A stretch of 64,000 nt of DNA from an uncultured Clostridia bacterium. GTDB taxonomy: Bacteria > Bacillota > Clostridia > TANB77 > UBA1234. The translations under genes and the position numbers were made by a program. The notes under the pieces are model-generated. The model ran no database searches and was not told the origin of the DNA. It saw only the letters and a program-made list of their open reading frames with translations. The stretch lies in NCBI GenBank assembly GCA_944393265.1, contig CALXZO010000001.1, positions 31,158-95,157 on the forward strand, written 5' to 3'. The first letter of the stretch is position 1, and each line of letters starts with the position of its first letter. Shown in pieces: positions 41,201 through 53,504 of the stretch.

Positions 41201-42298
41201 ATGGAAAATGTGAACAGAAAGTATTTAAAGATTTTAGAACGCGTGGGTATCTTTGTAGGTACTCTGATTTTGCTTATGCTTATTTGGAAACTAGCAGAAT
41301 TTTTTATGCCATTTTTAATAGCTGGCATTATTGCAATCATAATTGAGCCTATAATTAAATTTTGCATGAACAAAATTAAACTAAGTAGAAGAGTAAGTAG
41401 CGTTATTGTAATTGCAATAACTGTTGTTCTATTAATTTTCCTAATGGTCAAAGGTATTACAGAATTAATAGGTGAGTTACTAAAATTAACGAATAATCTT
41501 GGACCTACTATAGCCATGGCTACCGAGTTTGTTGGAAATGTAGCGGATAAAATTAATACAGAGTATACAGGAATACCGCCTCAAGTATTAAGCACTATTG
41601 AGACATCTGTTATAGATTTTATTGGTTCTTTTGGAAATTTAGTTGGCGAATGGGCATCGTCGATTTTGAAAATGTTACTATCAATTCCTACTTTATTGAT
41701 AAATATTATTATAACCATTTTAGCCTTAATATTTTTTGCTAAAGATAGGATATATGTTATAGATTTATTAGAGTACCATTTCCCTAAATCGTGGATTGAC
41801 AAGAGTAAAAAGGTTTTAGGCGAAGTATTTTCTACTATTGGTGGATATCTGAAAGTTTATTGTAAAATAATTTTAATAACTTTTGCTGAACTTTTCTTAG
41901 CTTTTACAATTTTTAATATGATAGGATTTGAAATAAGCTATCCTTTTGTCTTGGCTTTGATTATAGCTTTAGTTGATATTCTTCCTGTTTTGGGGGTTGG
42001 TACAGTGTTAAATCCGTGGGCTTTATGGATGCTTATTACAGGTGATTATGGGTTTGCTTTAGCCCTATTTATAACATATTTAATTATATTTGTTGTTAGA
42101 CAATTTATTGAGCCTAAGTTAGTTAGTAAACAATTTGGTATTCATCCACTTATTACACTTATGGCTATGTATGCTGGTTTAAGAATTATTGGACTTGCTG
42201 GGCTTATTATTGGACCGATAATATTAATGGTGCTTAAATGTATTTTTGCTAAACAATTGGATAGAGGATTATTTAAAGACTTATTTGACGAAAATTAA
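41201..42298 (+). CDS. ytvI: Sporulation integral membrane protein YtvI (AI-2E family)
   Basis: PFLIAGIIA, VDILPVLGVGTVLNPW and RQFIEPKLVS...GIHPL motifs. Confidence 0.88.
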   Translation: MENVNRKYLKILERVGIFVGTLILLMLIWKLAEFFMPFLIAGIIAIIIEPIIKFCMNKIKLSRRVSSVIVIAITVVLLIFLMVKGITELIGELLKLTNNLGPTIAMATEFVGNVADKINTEYTGIPPQVLSTIETSVIDFIGSFGNLVGEWASSILKMLLSIPTLLINIIITILALIFFAKDRIYVIDLLEYHFPKSWIDKSKKVLGEVFSTIGGYLKVYCKIILITFAELFLAFTIFNMIGFEISYPFVLALIIALVDILPVLGVGTVLNPWALWMLITGDYGFALALFITYLIIFVVRQFIEPKLVSKQFGIHPLITLMAMYAGLRIIGLAGLIIGPIILMVLKCIFAKQLDRGLFKDLFDEN

Positions 42299-42315
42299 TT
42301 TTAGGAGGATTTACT

Positions 42316-42858
42316 ATGGGAGTATTAATAGCTATTGGAATTTTAATTATAATTGCAGTAATCGTTATATTTAATCAGATTATTCGTGAAGAAAACACCG
42401 TTAATAATGCTTTTTCAACTGTAGACGTATATCTTAAAAAAAGATATGATTTATTGCCTAACTTAGTTGAAATTGTAAAAGGACATGCGGCTCACGAGAA
42501 AGAGGTATTTGAAAAAGTTGCACTTGTGCGTACGGAAGGAGTTAATGCCAAGACTTCAGAAGAAGCAGTCAAAGCAGATAACAAAGCAAATGGGGCGTTA
42601 AAAGAACTTTTGATGCTTGCAGAGGAGTATCCAAATTTGAAAACAAACGCATCATTTATTGAGCTACAAAGAAATTTGTTACTTATAGAAGATGAATTAG
42701 CTGCAGCGCGTAGGACGTATAATTCAGCTGTTACAGAGTTTAATGTAACAGTGGAGTCTTTTCCTACGAACCTTATGGCTAAATTGATGAAAAAAAATAA
42801 GAAAACACTATTTGAAACTACTGATGATGTACGCAGTGCAATAAAACTTGAAATGTAA
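42316..42858 (+). CDS. lemA: LemA family protein
   Basis: DVYLKKRYDLLPNLV, EEYPNLKTNASF and ARRTYNSAVTEFN motifs. Confidence 0.93.
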   Translation: MGVLIAIGILIIIAVIVIFNQIIREENTVNNAFSTVDVYLKKRYDLLPNLVEIVKGHAAHEKEVFEKVALVRTEGVNAKTSEEAVKADNKANGALKELLMLAEEYPNLKTNASFIELQRNLLLIEDELAAARRTYNSAVTEFNVTVESFPTNLMAKLMKKNKKTLFETTDDVRSAIKLEM

Positions 42859-42892
42859 AAATAGAAAATATAGATAAAAAGAGAGTGATAAA

Positions 42893-43792
42893 ATGAAAGA
42901 TGACATGATGATAGAGTTAGAGAAGAAAAGAAAAAAATTTTTAATTTTTTTATTGATATGGTTAATAGTATCTGTTGTATCTGTGGCATATTTGCTTGGA
43001 ATGTTTGGGCTAACTTTTATACAAAAGTTTCAAATGAATTATCTTTTAATAGGTATAGTCCTTATGATTGTAGCAATCTTTCTTGTGCTTATAGTAGTTT
43101 CTGTGAAATATTTTGACAAAAAGCTAAAAAAAGTTTTAATTGCTAAAGTTTCTCAGCAACTAAATTTGAGGTGTCAATATGATGATTCTGCTGGTATCCC
43201 GGAAGAAATTTTCAAATTAACAAATTTTATAAAGAAGTATGATAGATACACAGCATTTGATAATTTATCAGGATATTTGAAAGACGATATTAGGTTTTCT
43301 GTTTGTAACGCAATTGTAACTGAAAAGCGTGAAGATAATCAAGGCGGATATTATGATTATTTTTTGTTTGAAGGTGTATTTGGAATGCAAGACGCTAATG
43401 AAGGACACGACTTTGACATTAATATCGTGCCAGATGTGAAAAATAAATATATGAATCAGATTGTTACTAATTTCAAAAAAATGATTGGTGTAAAAAATAT
43501 AATTAGACTTGAGAATTCAGAATTTGAAAGATACTTTGAAGTATATAGTGAGGATCCTATAGGTGCACGTAAGATGATTACTGCAAAATTTATGGAAGAA
43601 TTGTTGAAAGCAAGGAAAGAGCTGGGAGCTAGTATATATATAATGTACATAAAGAAAACGGTATTTTTCTTTATTCCAAATGTATCAATATTGAAAGCAA
43701 GATTTATTTTGTTTACAGGAGTAACACAAAAATTGATTGACAAGAATGTTAAAAATATAAAATTACTACTTAACACATTAAATAATTTGTAA
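42893..43792 (+). CDS. DUF3137-like membrane protein
   Basis: Two N-terminal TM segments, LENSEFERYFEVYSEDPIGAR; follows lemA. Confidence 0.75.
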   Translation: MKDDMMIELEKKRKKFLIFLLIWLIVSVVSVAYLLGMFGLTFIQKFQMNYLLIGIVLMIVAIFLVLIVVSVKYFDKKLKKVLIAKVSQQLNLRCQYDDSAGIPEEIFKLTNFIKKYDRYTAFDNLSGYLKDDIRFSVCNAIVTEKREDNQGGYYDYFLFEGVFGMQDANEGHDFDINIVPDVKNKYMNQIVTNFKKMIGVKNIIRLENSEFERYFEVYSEDPIGARKMITAKFMEELLKARKELGASIYIMYIKKTVFFFIPNVSILKARFILFTGVTQKLIDKNVKNIKLLLNTLNNL

Positions 43793-43813
43793 TTAACAGG
43801 AAGGAAGATAATA

Positions 43814-44018
43814 ATGGGGCTTGTCTTAGGTTTAGCAATGCCTTTTTTAAGAACGGCTCTAGGTGCAGCCATTAGCCTTTGCTACTGGTGCAATGATATA
43901 TGTTGTTGTAGAAGAGCTAATACCGTCTGCACAAGAAGGAAAACACACAAATATAGGAACAATAGGATTAGCACTTGGTTTCGTATTTATGATGGTGTTA
44001 GATATAGCTTTAGGTTAA
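43814..44018 (+). pseudogene. zupT: Internally deleted ZIP-family (ZupT/GufA) metal transporter remnant
   Basis: N-terminal MGLVLGLAMPFLRTALGAA (19 codons) is joined out of frame to the ZupT C-terminus LAFATGAMIYVVVEELIPSAQEGKHTNIGTIGLALGFVFMMVLDIALG*. Confidence 0.8.
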
Positions 44019-44030
44019 GATAGATATAAG

Positions 44031-44050
44031 TGGGGCTTTAAAAAGCTCCA
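44031..44050. terminator. Probable bidirectional terminator
   Basis: Hairpin tggggcttt / aaagctcca between convergent genes. Confidence 0.5.
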
Positions 44051-44530
44051 TTATTTTTCTTCATTGTTAATGTTTGATTTAAATGTTACAAAAGGTTCAT
44101 TTGGCGTTGTTATTTTTTTCATTTTCATAATTTTTATAATTGGCATCATTCCATAATAATCTCCAATTGTTACTCTACCTTCTATTTGAACCCATTCATT
44201 ATTTTCAAAATCTTGTGCATTATTATATTCACACAAAAAACCAACAATTCTGGACTCATCTTCACTAACAAGCATATCTCGTGCAGTTACAAATTGTGTT
44301 TTTGAAAAATCTTGAGCCCTGAAAACATATCCTTCTGCAGTGATTATTTTATTTAGATATTTATATGGATTGTCATGGCAGTCTTTTAAAATAGCCGTAT
44401 AATTTTCGTTGGTCATCGTTATAGTAGAGGAGTTTATTACTTGTATAGCTACACATAGTAAAATAATTAAAAGCACTACTAATACTGCGATAGCAAGCAC
44501 AGCTCGTTTATTAAAATTATATATTTTCAT
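44051..44530 (-). CDS. TIGR03943/DUF1980 C-terminal-like (YcgQ-like) protein
   Basis: N-terminal TM, EGYVFR...FVTAR and WVQIEG motifs. Confidence 0.65.
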   Translation of the reverse strand: MKIYNFNKRAVLAIAVLVVLLIILLCVAIQVINSSTITMTNENYTAILKDCHDNPYKYLNKIITAEGYVFRAQDFSKTQFVTARDMLVSEDESRIVGFLCEYNNAQDFENNEWVQIEGRVTIGDYYGMMPIIKIMKMKKITTPNEPFVTFKSNINNEEK

Positions 44531-44648
44531 AAGACACCTCCCAAAAGTCTTTTATAAATAAATATGTATTAAACCCAAAAATATGCGCTTGATAAAGTGT
44601 AATGCTTAATGTAAAATGATTTTAAATGTAGGGGAAAGGAAAATGATT

Positions 44649-45266
44649 ATGAAAAAGGTTATAATAATAGGGGCAGGCGGGCATGGAAAATCTATAGCTG
44701 ATATTGTTTTAAAGTCGAGAGATGAATTATTAGGCTTTTTAGATGACAACATATTGGTAGGTACTACTATAATTAAATCATCAGACACAAGAGTTATAGG
44801 AACTACAAGCGATTGTACGAAATTTGCTGACGCGGAATTTATAATTGCATTTGGTGATAATAAAACTAGAAGAGATTTTGCTAGTAAACACCATTTAAAT
44901 TATTATACAGCAATTCATCCTTCTTCTAATATAGCTGCTGATGTTATAATAGGGAGAGGGACTGCTATAATGGCTAATTCTTCTATAAATACTTCGGCTA
45001 CTATTGGTGAGCATTGTATAATTAATACTGGGGCAATAGTTGAGCATGACAATGTGATTAATGATTTTGTGCATATTTCACCTGCTGCAGCTTTAGCTGG
45101 AAACGTTACTGTAGGGAAATGTACGCATATTGGGATAGGTGCGACAGTAAAGAATAATATAAGTATAAGTGAAGATATAACTATTGGAGCTGGCGCAGTT
45201 GTTGTTAAAAATATTGCTGAAATCGGAGGAGTATATGTTGGTGTGCCGGCAGTGAAAAAGGAATAG
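44649..45266 (+). CDS. Sugar O-acetyltransferase, NeuD/PglD family (hexapeptide repeats)
   Basis: IIGAGGHGK, AFGDNKTR, IHPSS, VEHDN...HISP, hexapeptide repeats and VGVPA. Confidence 0.9.
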   Translation: MKKVIIIGAGGHGKSIADIVLKSRDELLGFLDDNILVGTTIIKSSDTRVIGTTSDCTKFADAEFIIAFGDNKTRRDFASKHHLNYYTAIHPSSNIAADVIIGRGTAIMANSSINTSATIGEHCIINTGAIVEHDNVINDFVHISPAAALAGNVTVGKCTHIGIGATVKNNISISEDITIGAGAVVVKNIAEIGGVYVGVPAVKKE

Positions 45267-45502
45267 GTAAAGTGATTATGTTACAAAAATGTTAATCTAT
45301 TGTTTCAAATTAGTTACAAATAATTAATATTATGGTAATCTGTTTTTGAATATGTTAAAATTGGTTAAAGTACCTTTCAAAAATAGATATACTAATTTAA
45401 ATCATAACAAATATATAGAAAACGCTTTTAATATCAAACCTCGTAAAATATAGTAACAGACGTGATTGAGGGACTTCAAGAATATTTTTAGTGGGTGATT
45501 TT

Positions 45503-46097
45503 ATGAGGCGTTTTTTATTTTTTTCAATAGTTTTTATTCTAATTTCCACCAACATTTTTGCAATTACTTTTACAGACGTGCCTATGAGTCATTGGGCGTA
45601 TAAAAACATAATATATCTAACAAATCAAAAAGTCATAAATGGATATACAGATGGAACATTTAAACCGCGGTGGAACTATTACAAATGCAGAGTTTATTAA
45701 GCTTGTTGCTGTAGCAGCTTTGCCCGCATGGATGGATATGGATGATGCAGAAAGCAATATAGAACATTGGGCAGGAAAATATGTTTGGATATTAGAGCGA
45801 TATGGGGTTTTATCAAGTGGTAGCATCAATTTAAGTAATATTGATAAACCAATAACAAGGATTGAAATGGCCCGTATAATAACTAAGGCAGATTTACTGA
45901 TGAAAGGGAACGATTTGTGTACGGATGAGAAAGTTAAATTTAATGATGTGCTTTCTCTTAATAATGATGATTTACTTTTTTTAAGACATGCATGTAGCAA
46001 GGGCTTAATTAATGGCTACACAGATGGAACATTTAAGCCATACGATAACATGACAAGAGCAGAGGCGGCAACAATGATATATCGCTTTACAGTTTAG
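45503..46097 (+). CDS. SLH domain protein; needs a +1 shift at CGG 45668-45670 (~197 aa)
   Basis: Signal peptide, FTDVPMSHWAY...INGYTDGTFKP|GGTITNAEF, ITRIEMA and NGYTDGTFKPYDNMTRAEAA. The shift lies inside the first SLH repeat. Confidence 0.88.
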
Positions 46098-46111
46098 GAG
46101 GTGTTAAATAT

Positions 46112-49100
46112 ATGAAAAAACATATTAAAGGTATTTTAATTACTTTGATATTAATTATGACATCACTTGTTATAGTATCATATGCCTCTTCAACTGATAA
46201 AGGGTGTACGCATAAAGTTTATTCTACTAGTAGTCCATCAAAGTATCATTATTCATATTGCAAAAAGTGCGGTAAATGCAATAAAAGAACGAGACATTCT
46301 ATTAGTGAAATCAGAAATTATGGAAATGGAACATATCATACTGCATATTGTTCATGTGGTTATTATATGGGGCGTAAAAAACATTCATTTTCTTCATTTT
46401 CTAAATATAATAGTGATTACCATTATGCAAGTTGTAGCTGTGGGTATACTGGGTTAAAAAAACATAATGGTTCCTCAAAGGTAAAAATAACATTAGGAGA
46501 GACCATATTAGGAACAACATATTCTTCAGTTGAAGATATAGATTTATATCATAGAGTAGATTGTGGACAATGTGGCGAAATATTAGGAGTTGAGGAGCAC
46601 ACTTGGAGTGGTGGAGATACCACGGCCCACAGGTGTAGCAGTTGTAGTTATGAACATAGCAAGAAGGATGATGCAACCAAAGGCTTACATTATTTTGATT
46701 TAGATAAGATCTCAAAAGTTGGAGATGTTGCAAATTGTGAGGTGTGTGGTGAGGCACTGCATTTAAAATATAGTAGTGATTCGGATTTACCTAAATTGCC
46801 TAAAAAAGAAGAATATACGATGGTAGGAAATCCAAATCCTATGGAGGAAGTAGAGATTAATAAAGACCAAAAAATCATCTCAAATTTTATGCCGCTAAAT
46901 GAAGACGGAGAAATTATTCCACTCAATGAAGATTTTTTGAGAGTTAGGACATATACACATGGAAATTATTTTCGACATTATTCAAAATTAGTTGGAGAGC
47001 AGTTGTCTGATATAACTGGTAGAGTAAATTATACCGAAAGCAAAGAAACATTAGAGTATATAACAAACAAACTTTCGGAACTTGAAGCCCTCGGCGGATA
47101 TAATGAAAGTCAAAAAATTGAGATAGTCAATGATATAAATAATGTTATAAAAAATGATCCAAGTATCGGATATATTGATACATATGCTGTTACAACTGTT
47201 ATTTCTCAACTTGGTGACTTTGCAATTGAATCAATAAGGTCTCCATTAATTGATTGGTTTAGGAAGGATTTAACGATAAGAAATACATGGCTTGCGGGTG
47301 ACATGACAACGCTTAGACATGAGTTTTTTGGTTCGATGGGAAGCAGTCAGAATAGGGAATATGTAATTTATTTTACGGAATTACCTGCTGCCAAATATGA
47401 AATAGTATTATCACCTCTTCTTACAGACGGTATAACATTTAACATCTTTAGTTACTCTTTAGGAGGTCTAGCAACATTATCATTTTCTACGTTATTTACA
47501 CGTGGAGGTGGAGGTGGAAGTGATTCACCAAGTAATATTAAAGCATATATCTCTATTGCATATAGAGACATGAATGGAAATGTTATATACGATAAGGTAG
47601 GAAATTTAGCAACACCTAAAGACACCGCAATTAGTAAGACTGTTTATTCTGGAACGAGTGCAAAAAAAGTGACGACAAATGTATCGGCTGAGATGGAATG
47701 GACGCAACTTAATGGTTATAGGTATAAAGGATATTTAATAAAATATCGGTAGTGGTTCTAGCGGATATTATGGAATATATAATAAGCCTAATGAAATGAC
47801 TGTGACTACTAATTCAAGTGTATCAGTCACTTCATCGTTCTCTTATAGTGGTTTAGGTGTGAGTATTGTTTTCTATTTTGAACCTGTGAATATTATAGCT
47901 GTAAATCACAAAGTTGAAGATGAGTTAATAGATACAAATAAGAATTTATCAAACATATTAATGTCAACATCAACGAATTATGATGCTACATCAAACAATT
48001 ATGCACCAAAAAGCTTTGCATCGCTAAATAAAAATTTTTGGCCAGGATATATTCTTACGGGATATACTGTTTATAAAAATAGTGTTTCTAATTCAAATAT
48101 CATAGCAGTCAAAACGTTTGATGTTAATACAACTTCATTAATGAATTCACAAGGAAATGACAAGAGGTATGTAACGCTTCTTACGGCTATTAATTCGGCA
48201 AGCGATATAAATGGAGCACAGATTGTTCAAAGAGAGAATATTGGATATGGTAATGATAAGATAATAGTCTTCCACTACTTATATCCAGAAGTTGAGATAA
48301 AAAATATTAATTATAATACAGGAAAAATATTGAAAGATATAAATAACAATAACTTGACCTATACTATAAAATTAAACGGTGACAATATGCTTATTAAATC
48401 TCTTGATACGACTAACCCAAAAAACGGCGATTATTATGAGATGAATATTGTTCTTGCAGATGGACGAAATAAGCAATTTTTATATAATGTATCTGATTTT
48501 TCACTTGTACAAGCGTGGATTTATACTAAGGATTTGAATAAACAAACGAAGACCTTGTATAAAGTTATTGCGGGTAATAATACTTTTAAACCTACTAATG
48601 TTTCAAGTAGTAAAATTGAAATGGCTGATGATTTTGCTAGTTTTGCGAATATGTACGTTTTAAATACAGAAGAATTAATGACAGTCATGAATAAAGTATG
48701 GTCAGATTTATATATTGAGTTTAGATACTTTGAAGGTGCAAATGTAGTTAATGTTTCTTATATTGATGAAGAGGGAAATGTTTTAATGCCACCGGAGACA
48801 GTTAAAATTTTAGATAAAGTAAATGGACGATATACGGCCACAATTCCAGTAACTGAGATAGATGGATATGAACTAATAAGATATAATTTAGATGGTAAAG
48901 ATGATAACAATGTATCTTCATTGGAAAAAGTAAATATCGTTGATAACGGAACAGATAGGGAGTTAATATTTGTTTATAGAAAAACACCTGATGATAATGT
49001 TCCAGAAACATACGATTATCCGTTTGCGATTATTAGGTCAAATGACAGAGGAGATGAAGAATATAATGTTGATGTGGCAATGCCGACAGAAGAAGATTTG

Positions 49101-51572
49101 TATGCTAACGTAGTAACAGATAGTTATCTGTTGGAAAATGTATTATCAATATTAAGTGAAAAACAAAAGGTCAATGTTATCTTGAAGAAAAAATATTATA
49201 CGTCAAATGATGATAATAATACAGGAATAACATCTTCAATTGATATTGCATATGCGACTATTCCTCTAGAATACGAGTTAGAATATAATTATTTTGGAGG
49301 AGGAAATGCGGATTTATTTATATTAGAAAATGCAATTATAGATAATGAAGCTGTTAATGATACTAAGCATTATGATGAAAATGGCAAAGTATTAATAGAG
49401 GCCGATTATGATGAAAATGTTCCAACCTTGACATACCTTCCTGGAGGAGTACTTACAATAAACAATTCTGAGGAATGTACATTAATCAAAGACGGAGACA
49501 TATATTATTTAGAAGTCATGTTAAGTGGTATAGATTATGAAAAACCAGATATGAACTCAATAGTGAAAACATATGAAAATAATCATGTAGTAATAGATAA
49601 TATAATTAGAAATAATGCTGTAGTAAATGGAGACTATTTAAGTGTAACAGCGGAAGGGCAAGAAATAATTTATTTAAATGGCAATGGAATATATATGTCA
49701 GCAAATAGGCTTGCAAATGCTGCAGAACTTGCAAATGCTGGGTATTATTACATAGCATCAAAAGCGCCACTAATAAATGGTGATGTATTGTTTAATAATA
49801 GAAATGTTTATACGTATTTAAAATCGAAAAATGATACATATGAATCAACAAAACTTACTGTAAATTATAAGGCTCACGAAGAGGTAAAAGAGAAGAAAGT
49901 TACTAGCGCAATTACAGGTGAAAAGCGTGTAAAGGAATATTACCCAGATGATATTCTTATGAATTCGATTACAATATATACGCCTATTGTAAATTATTCA
50001 GAGCTATTACCATACACTAACACAGGGGCAAATGATAATCAGTTGATAGACGAAGGAATTCAAAATGTATTGACTTTAGATAGTGTATTTTCAATTTTAA
50101 TTCCTCATGATGGCATGCACATTTACGCGGTAAATAATACTGGCGATGCTTATGATGGTTATGGAAATAAGGATTATAATTATAATGGTGCTCTTCTAAA
50201 TGATGAAGAAGAGTTTGCGTCAAAAGGACTAAGAAATACAACTTTTGCTAAAATGAAGCTGGTTAAGTTTTCATTTGATGTTTATGTTATTAAATATGCA
50301 GACGATGGAGAAACTGTTCAGTACAAAAAATTAATACTTGCCAATACATGGTTTAATTTAGGCGCTATTAATTCTAACACTGGATTATCGATAGAAAAGT
50401 ATAACTTTATAATTCCAACATGGGTAACTGATAATTGTGCAGAAAACATTACTGTAAGAATTGTTGCGGGAAATACACCTGAGGAATATGATATTTATGC
50501 TGATGAGGCGGAATATATTGTAACTGATGTAGCGAACAAAACAGATGCTTATATATTGGAAACTAAATTCGACGTTTATATTGCTGGTAGTTTATATGAT
50601 ATTGAAATAAGAGATTCGGATGATATAGGATGGGTAGGTAAGCTAGCAAGAGCGTTGAAATTAAGTAAGTTGGAAACGGATACGAAAAATCTATTTTTAC
50701 CAATAGGGCAAAATAATCAAAATTATTTAGCATACAATTTGGGATTAAAACTTGGTTATAGATTTTATTTTGACTTAAAAACAAAAGGAACCGCGAGTGA
50801 TGAAATTGTAATAAAACCAACAATATATTATGTGCCATCAACTGGTGGCGAGGCAACAAAAGACATTTCACTATTCTATGATACTGAAACTAAGAAATAT
50901 ATTAAATTAAATTTAGAAAATGATTTGGATATTCAAATGGTGATGGTATCAACACATGGAAATGTCAATAATAGCGGATTTGATATGGAGCTTATATATG
51001 GAAAAATAAATAACCTAGATAAAAATTATAAGATACCAACTATTATCGGAAGCATATTTGAAAAGCTAACATTGATTGATGTAGATACTAAGTTGCCAAG
51101 AGACAATATATCAGAATCTGCAAATTTATATGGATATGGCTCAAACATAAACGCTTTTATAAAGGATGCTGAAAAATCGGAAATTGTAGAAGATGAAAAC
51201 TCGATAAGAAATAGCGCAGGTCACTGGTATGGAGAGTTTTATTTACCATCAAGCACAAAAGTTGTTTTGGGTTCTGATGTAGAAACTGAAGAAGTAGTAG
51301 CAAATCAAGGTTTAGTAAAAAATGATGGATATTTAATAGTTGTGTTTGAGGAAGTAATAACAAAGGATAATGGCAATGGATATTTAAGTTATTCAATGCC
51401 AAGAGACAATTCAAGGTGGGAAAAAGAAGGAACAATATATGAACCATATGAAATTAATTTACCTAATGGCAATAAGGCAACAATACCTGGAATTTCAGAA
51501 GGTGCAGCAATGGCAATATACGAAACAACTTTAAGCGCATCTGATGATCATGAAACAGAAGGAACACACTAA
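46112..51572 (+). CDS. Giant secreted/surface protein (~1819 aa) with N-terminal Cys/His-rich repeats; needs a +1 shift at CGG 47747-47749
   Basis: The 546-aa ORF ends CGG-TAG. The +1 frame is open (GSGSSGYYGIYNKPNE) straight into the 1258-aa ORF, which lacks an RBS. Ends in SDDHETEGTH*. Confidence 0.8.
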
Positions 51573-51626
51573 GCAGTGTTAAACAAGAAAATAAAACTTT
51601 TGTTCAAATTATCAAATGAAGAGAGT

Positions 51627-51660
51627 GAAGAGGGCGACTAAAAATTGGTCGTCCTTTTCT
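51627..51660 (+). terminator. Intrinsic terminator
   Basis: Hairpin gaagagggcgact / ggtcgtccttttc. Confidence 0.6.
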
Positions 51661-51757
51661 AGCTTAATTATTTTTGGAGAAATTTTATGATTTCATTTAG
51701 CCACTAATTGTAAAATTTTTTTATTAATGCTATACTTACTTTTGGAGGATGATATTT

Positions 51758-52213
51758 ATGAAAAATCAAAATGGTGTTACTTTAGTTACGATGATTGTTA
51801 TGGTTATAGTAATTGCTATAATTGCATCTGTTTCTATTATGGGAGGTGTTTCTGTTTTAAGAGAGGCTAAAGGCAATGTGGCGGAGGAGAATTTAGCTAC
51901 CGTAAAAGCTGTTGTAAGTAGAGAGGCTGCTAAAGCTAGTACAGGCGGAGTTTTGACACCAGCAAATGCCACTTTTTATGGTATTGAAAATGCTAGGCTA
52001 GAGGGAATTAGATATGATGTCACAGGAAATCCAGAACAGGTTATTCAAAATATTGGTGATGATTGGTATTTGCTAGATGAGGATGCTTTAGAGGAAATGG
52101 GTGTGGAATATGCAAACGAAGAGTATGTTGTTAATTATAAATTGAATGTTGTAATACCGCTTTCTAGCGTTGAAAATATTCACGAACAAATTGAGATGTA
52201 CAATAATCAATAA
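51758..52213 (+). CDS. Type IV pilin/pseudopilin-like protein
   Basis: Class III signal peptide MKNQNG|VTLVTMIVMVIVIAIIASVSI. Confidence 0.75.
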   Translation: MKNQNGVTLVTMIVMVIVIAIIASVSIMGGVSVLREAKGNVAEENLATVKAVVSREAAKASTGGVLTPANATFYGIENARLEGIRYDVTGNPEQVIQNIGDDWYLLDEDALEEMGVEYANEEYVVNYKLNVVIPLSSVENIHEQIEMYNNQ

Positions 52214-52232
52214 TAGTTGGAGGTAATTTAGA

Positions 52233-52910
52233 ATGATTATAGCAATTGATGGACCAGCTGGTACTGGAAAAGGTACGATAGCAAAGTTGATTTCTAAAAG
52301 GCTTGGATATATTTACGTTGATACAGGTGCAATGTATAGGTGTGTCACCTTAAAGATGATGAATAATAATGTTAAGATAGATGAGCTTGATAAGATAAAA
52401 GATTTAATAAGCTCTATAAATATTGAGTTTAAAAATATAGATGATGTCCAACATGTTTTCTTAGATGGTGAAGATGTAACAGATATAATAAGAACCCCAG
52501 AAGTTAGTAATCTTGTGTCGCCAGTTTCGGCTATTAAAGAAATTAGATTAAAACTTGTAGAGATGCAACGAGAATATGGTAAAAATAGAAATGTGGTTAT
52601 GGAAGGAAGAGACATTACTACAGTTGTTTTCCCAGATGCCGATGTAAAAATTTATTTAACAGCTGAAATGACTGAAAGAGCAAGGCGTAGATATGATGAA
52701 TTACTTAAGAAGAATGTGGATATAACTTTTGAGCAGGTTCTAAGAAATATAAAAGAACGTGATGAGTTAGATGAGAAAAAAGAATTTGGAGCTTTGAAAA
52801 TTTCTGAGGATGCGATTGTAATAGATTCTACCCATTTATCTATCGAAGAGGTTTATGATAAAGCAAAGAATATTATAACAGAAAAAGAAAATGAGAAATG
52901 CGGAGGTTAG
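52233..52910 (+). CDS. cmk: Cytidylate kinase
   Basis: IAIDGPAGTGKGT, DTGAMYR and VMEGRDI motifs. Confidence 0.96.
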   Translation: MIIAIDGPAGTGKGTIAKLISKRLGYIYVDTGAMYRCVTLKMMNNNVKIDELDKIKDLISSINIEFKNIDDVQHVFLDGEDVTDIIRTPEVSNLVSPVSAIKEIRLKLVEMQREYGKNRNVVMEGRDITTVVFPDADVKIYLTAEMTERARRRYDELLKKNVDITFEQVLRNIKERDELDEKKEFGALKISEDAIVIDSTHLSIEEVYDKAKNIITEKENEKCGG

Positions 52911-52911
52911 A

Positions 52912-53499
52912 ATGTTTGTACTAGGATTTTGTAAGTTTGTACTTAATATATATTGTCATATAGTATATAAAATTAAATTGATAGGAAAGGAAAATGTGCC
53001 AGAAGGACCGGCTATTCTTTGCGCTAATCATGTTAATTTTTTTGATTCTATATCATTGATAATATTTTTTAAAAGATTAATTAGGCCAATGGCAAAAGAA
53101 GAATTATTTAAAGGAAAATTTATGAATTGGTTTATGCGTCAGCTGGGGGCCTTTCCAGTTAAAAGAGGCAAAGGTGATGTTGAAGCTATAGAGACTGCAA
53201 TGGATGTTTTAAAAAATGGAGAATTGCTTTTGATTTTTCCTGAAGGAACTAGAAATGCATTAGAGGAAGGCAAAAAATTTAAAAAGGGTGCAGCGCTTAT
53301 AGCGCTAATGGCAAATGTACCGGTGGTACCTATAGGAATAAAAGGAAATTACAAGCTTTTTTCTAAGATACGAATCAATATTGGAAAACCTATAACGTTA
53401 GAAAAATACAAAACTGGAAAAGACTATAATCCTCGTGAAGTAGTTGAGTTGACTAATGTTATACAAAATGAAGTAGTACGATTAAGAGATGAAGAATAG
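52912..53499 (+). CDS. plsC: 1-acyl-sn-glycerol-3-phosphate acyltransferase
   Basis: NHVNFFD, FPVKRG and IFPEGTR motifs. Confidence 0.93.
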   Translation: MFVLGFCKFVLNIYCHIVYKIKLIGKENVPEGPAILCANHVNFFDSISLIIFFKRLIRPMAKEELFKGKFMNWFMRQLGAFPVKRGKGDVEAIETAMDVLKNGELLLIFPEGTRNALEEGKKFKKGAALIALMANVPVVPIGIKGNYKLFSKIRINIGKPITLEKYKTGKDYNPREVVELTNVIQNEVVRLRDEE

Positions 53500-53504
53500 A
53501 TATG

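Noticed and set aside
46200-46760. Possible CRISPR or DNA tandem repeat in the Cys/His-rich region
   Set aside because: The repetition is only at the protein level, with no regularly spaced identical DNA repeats; I found no CRISPR array or cas gene anywhere in the window.
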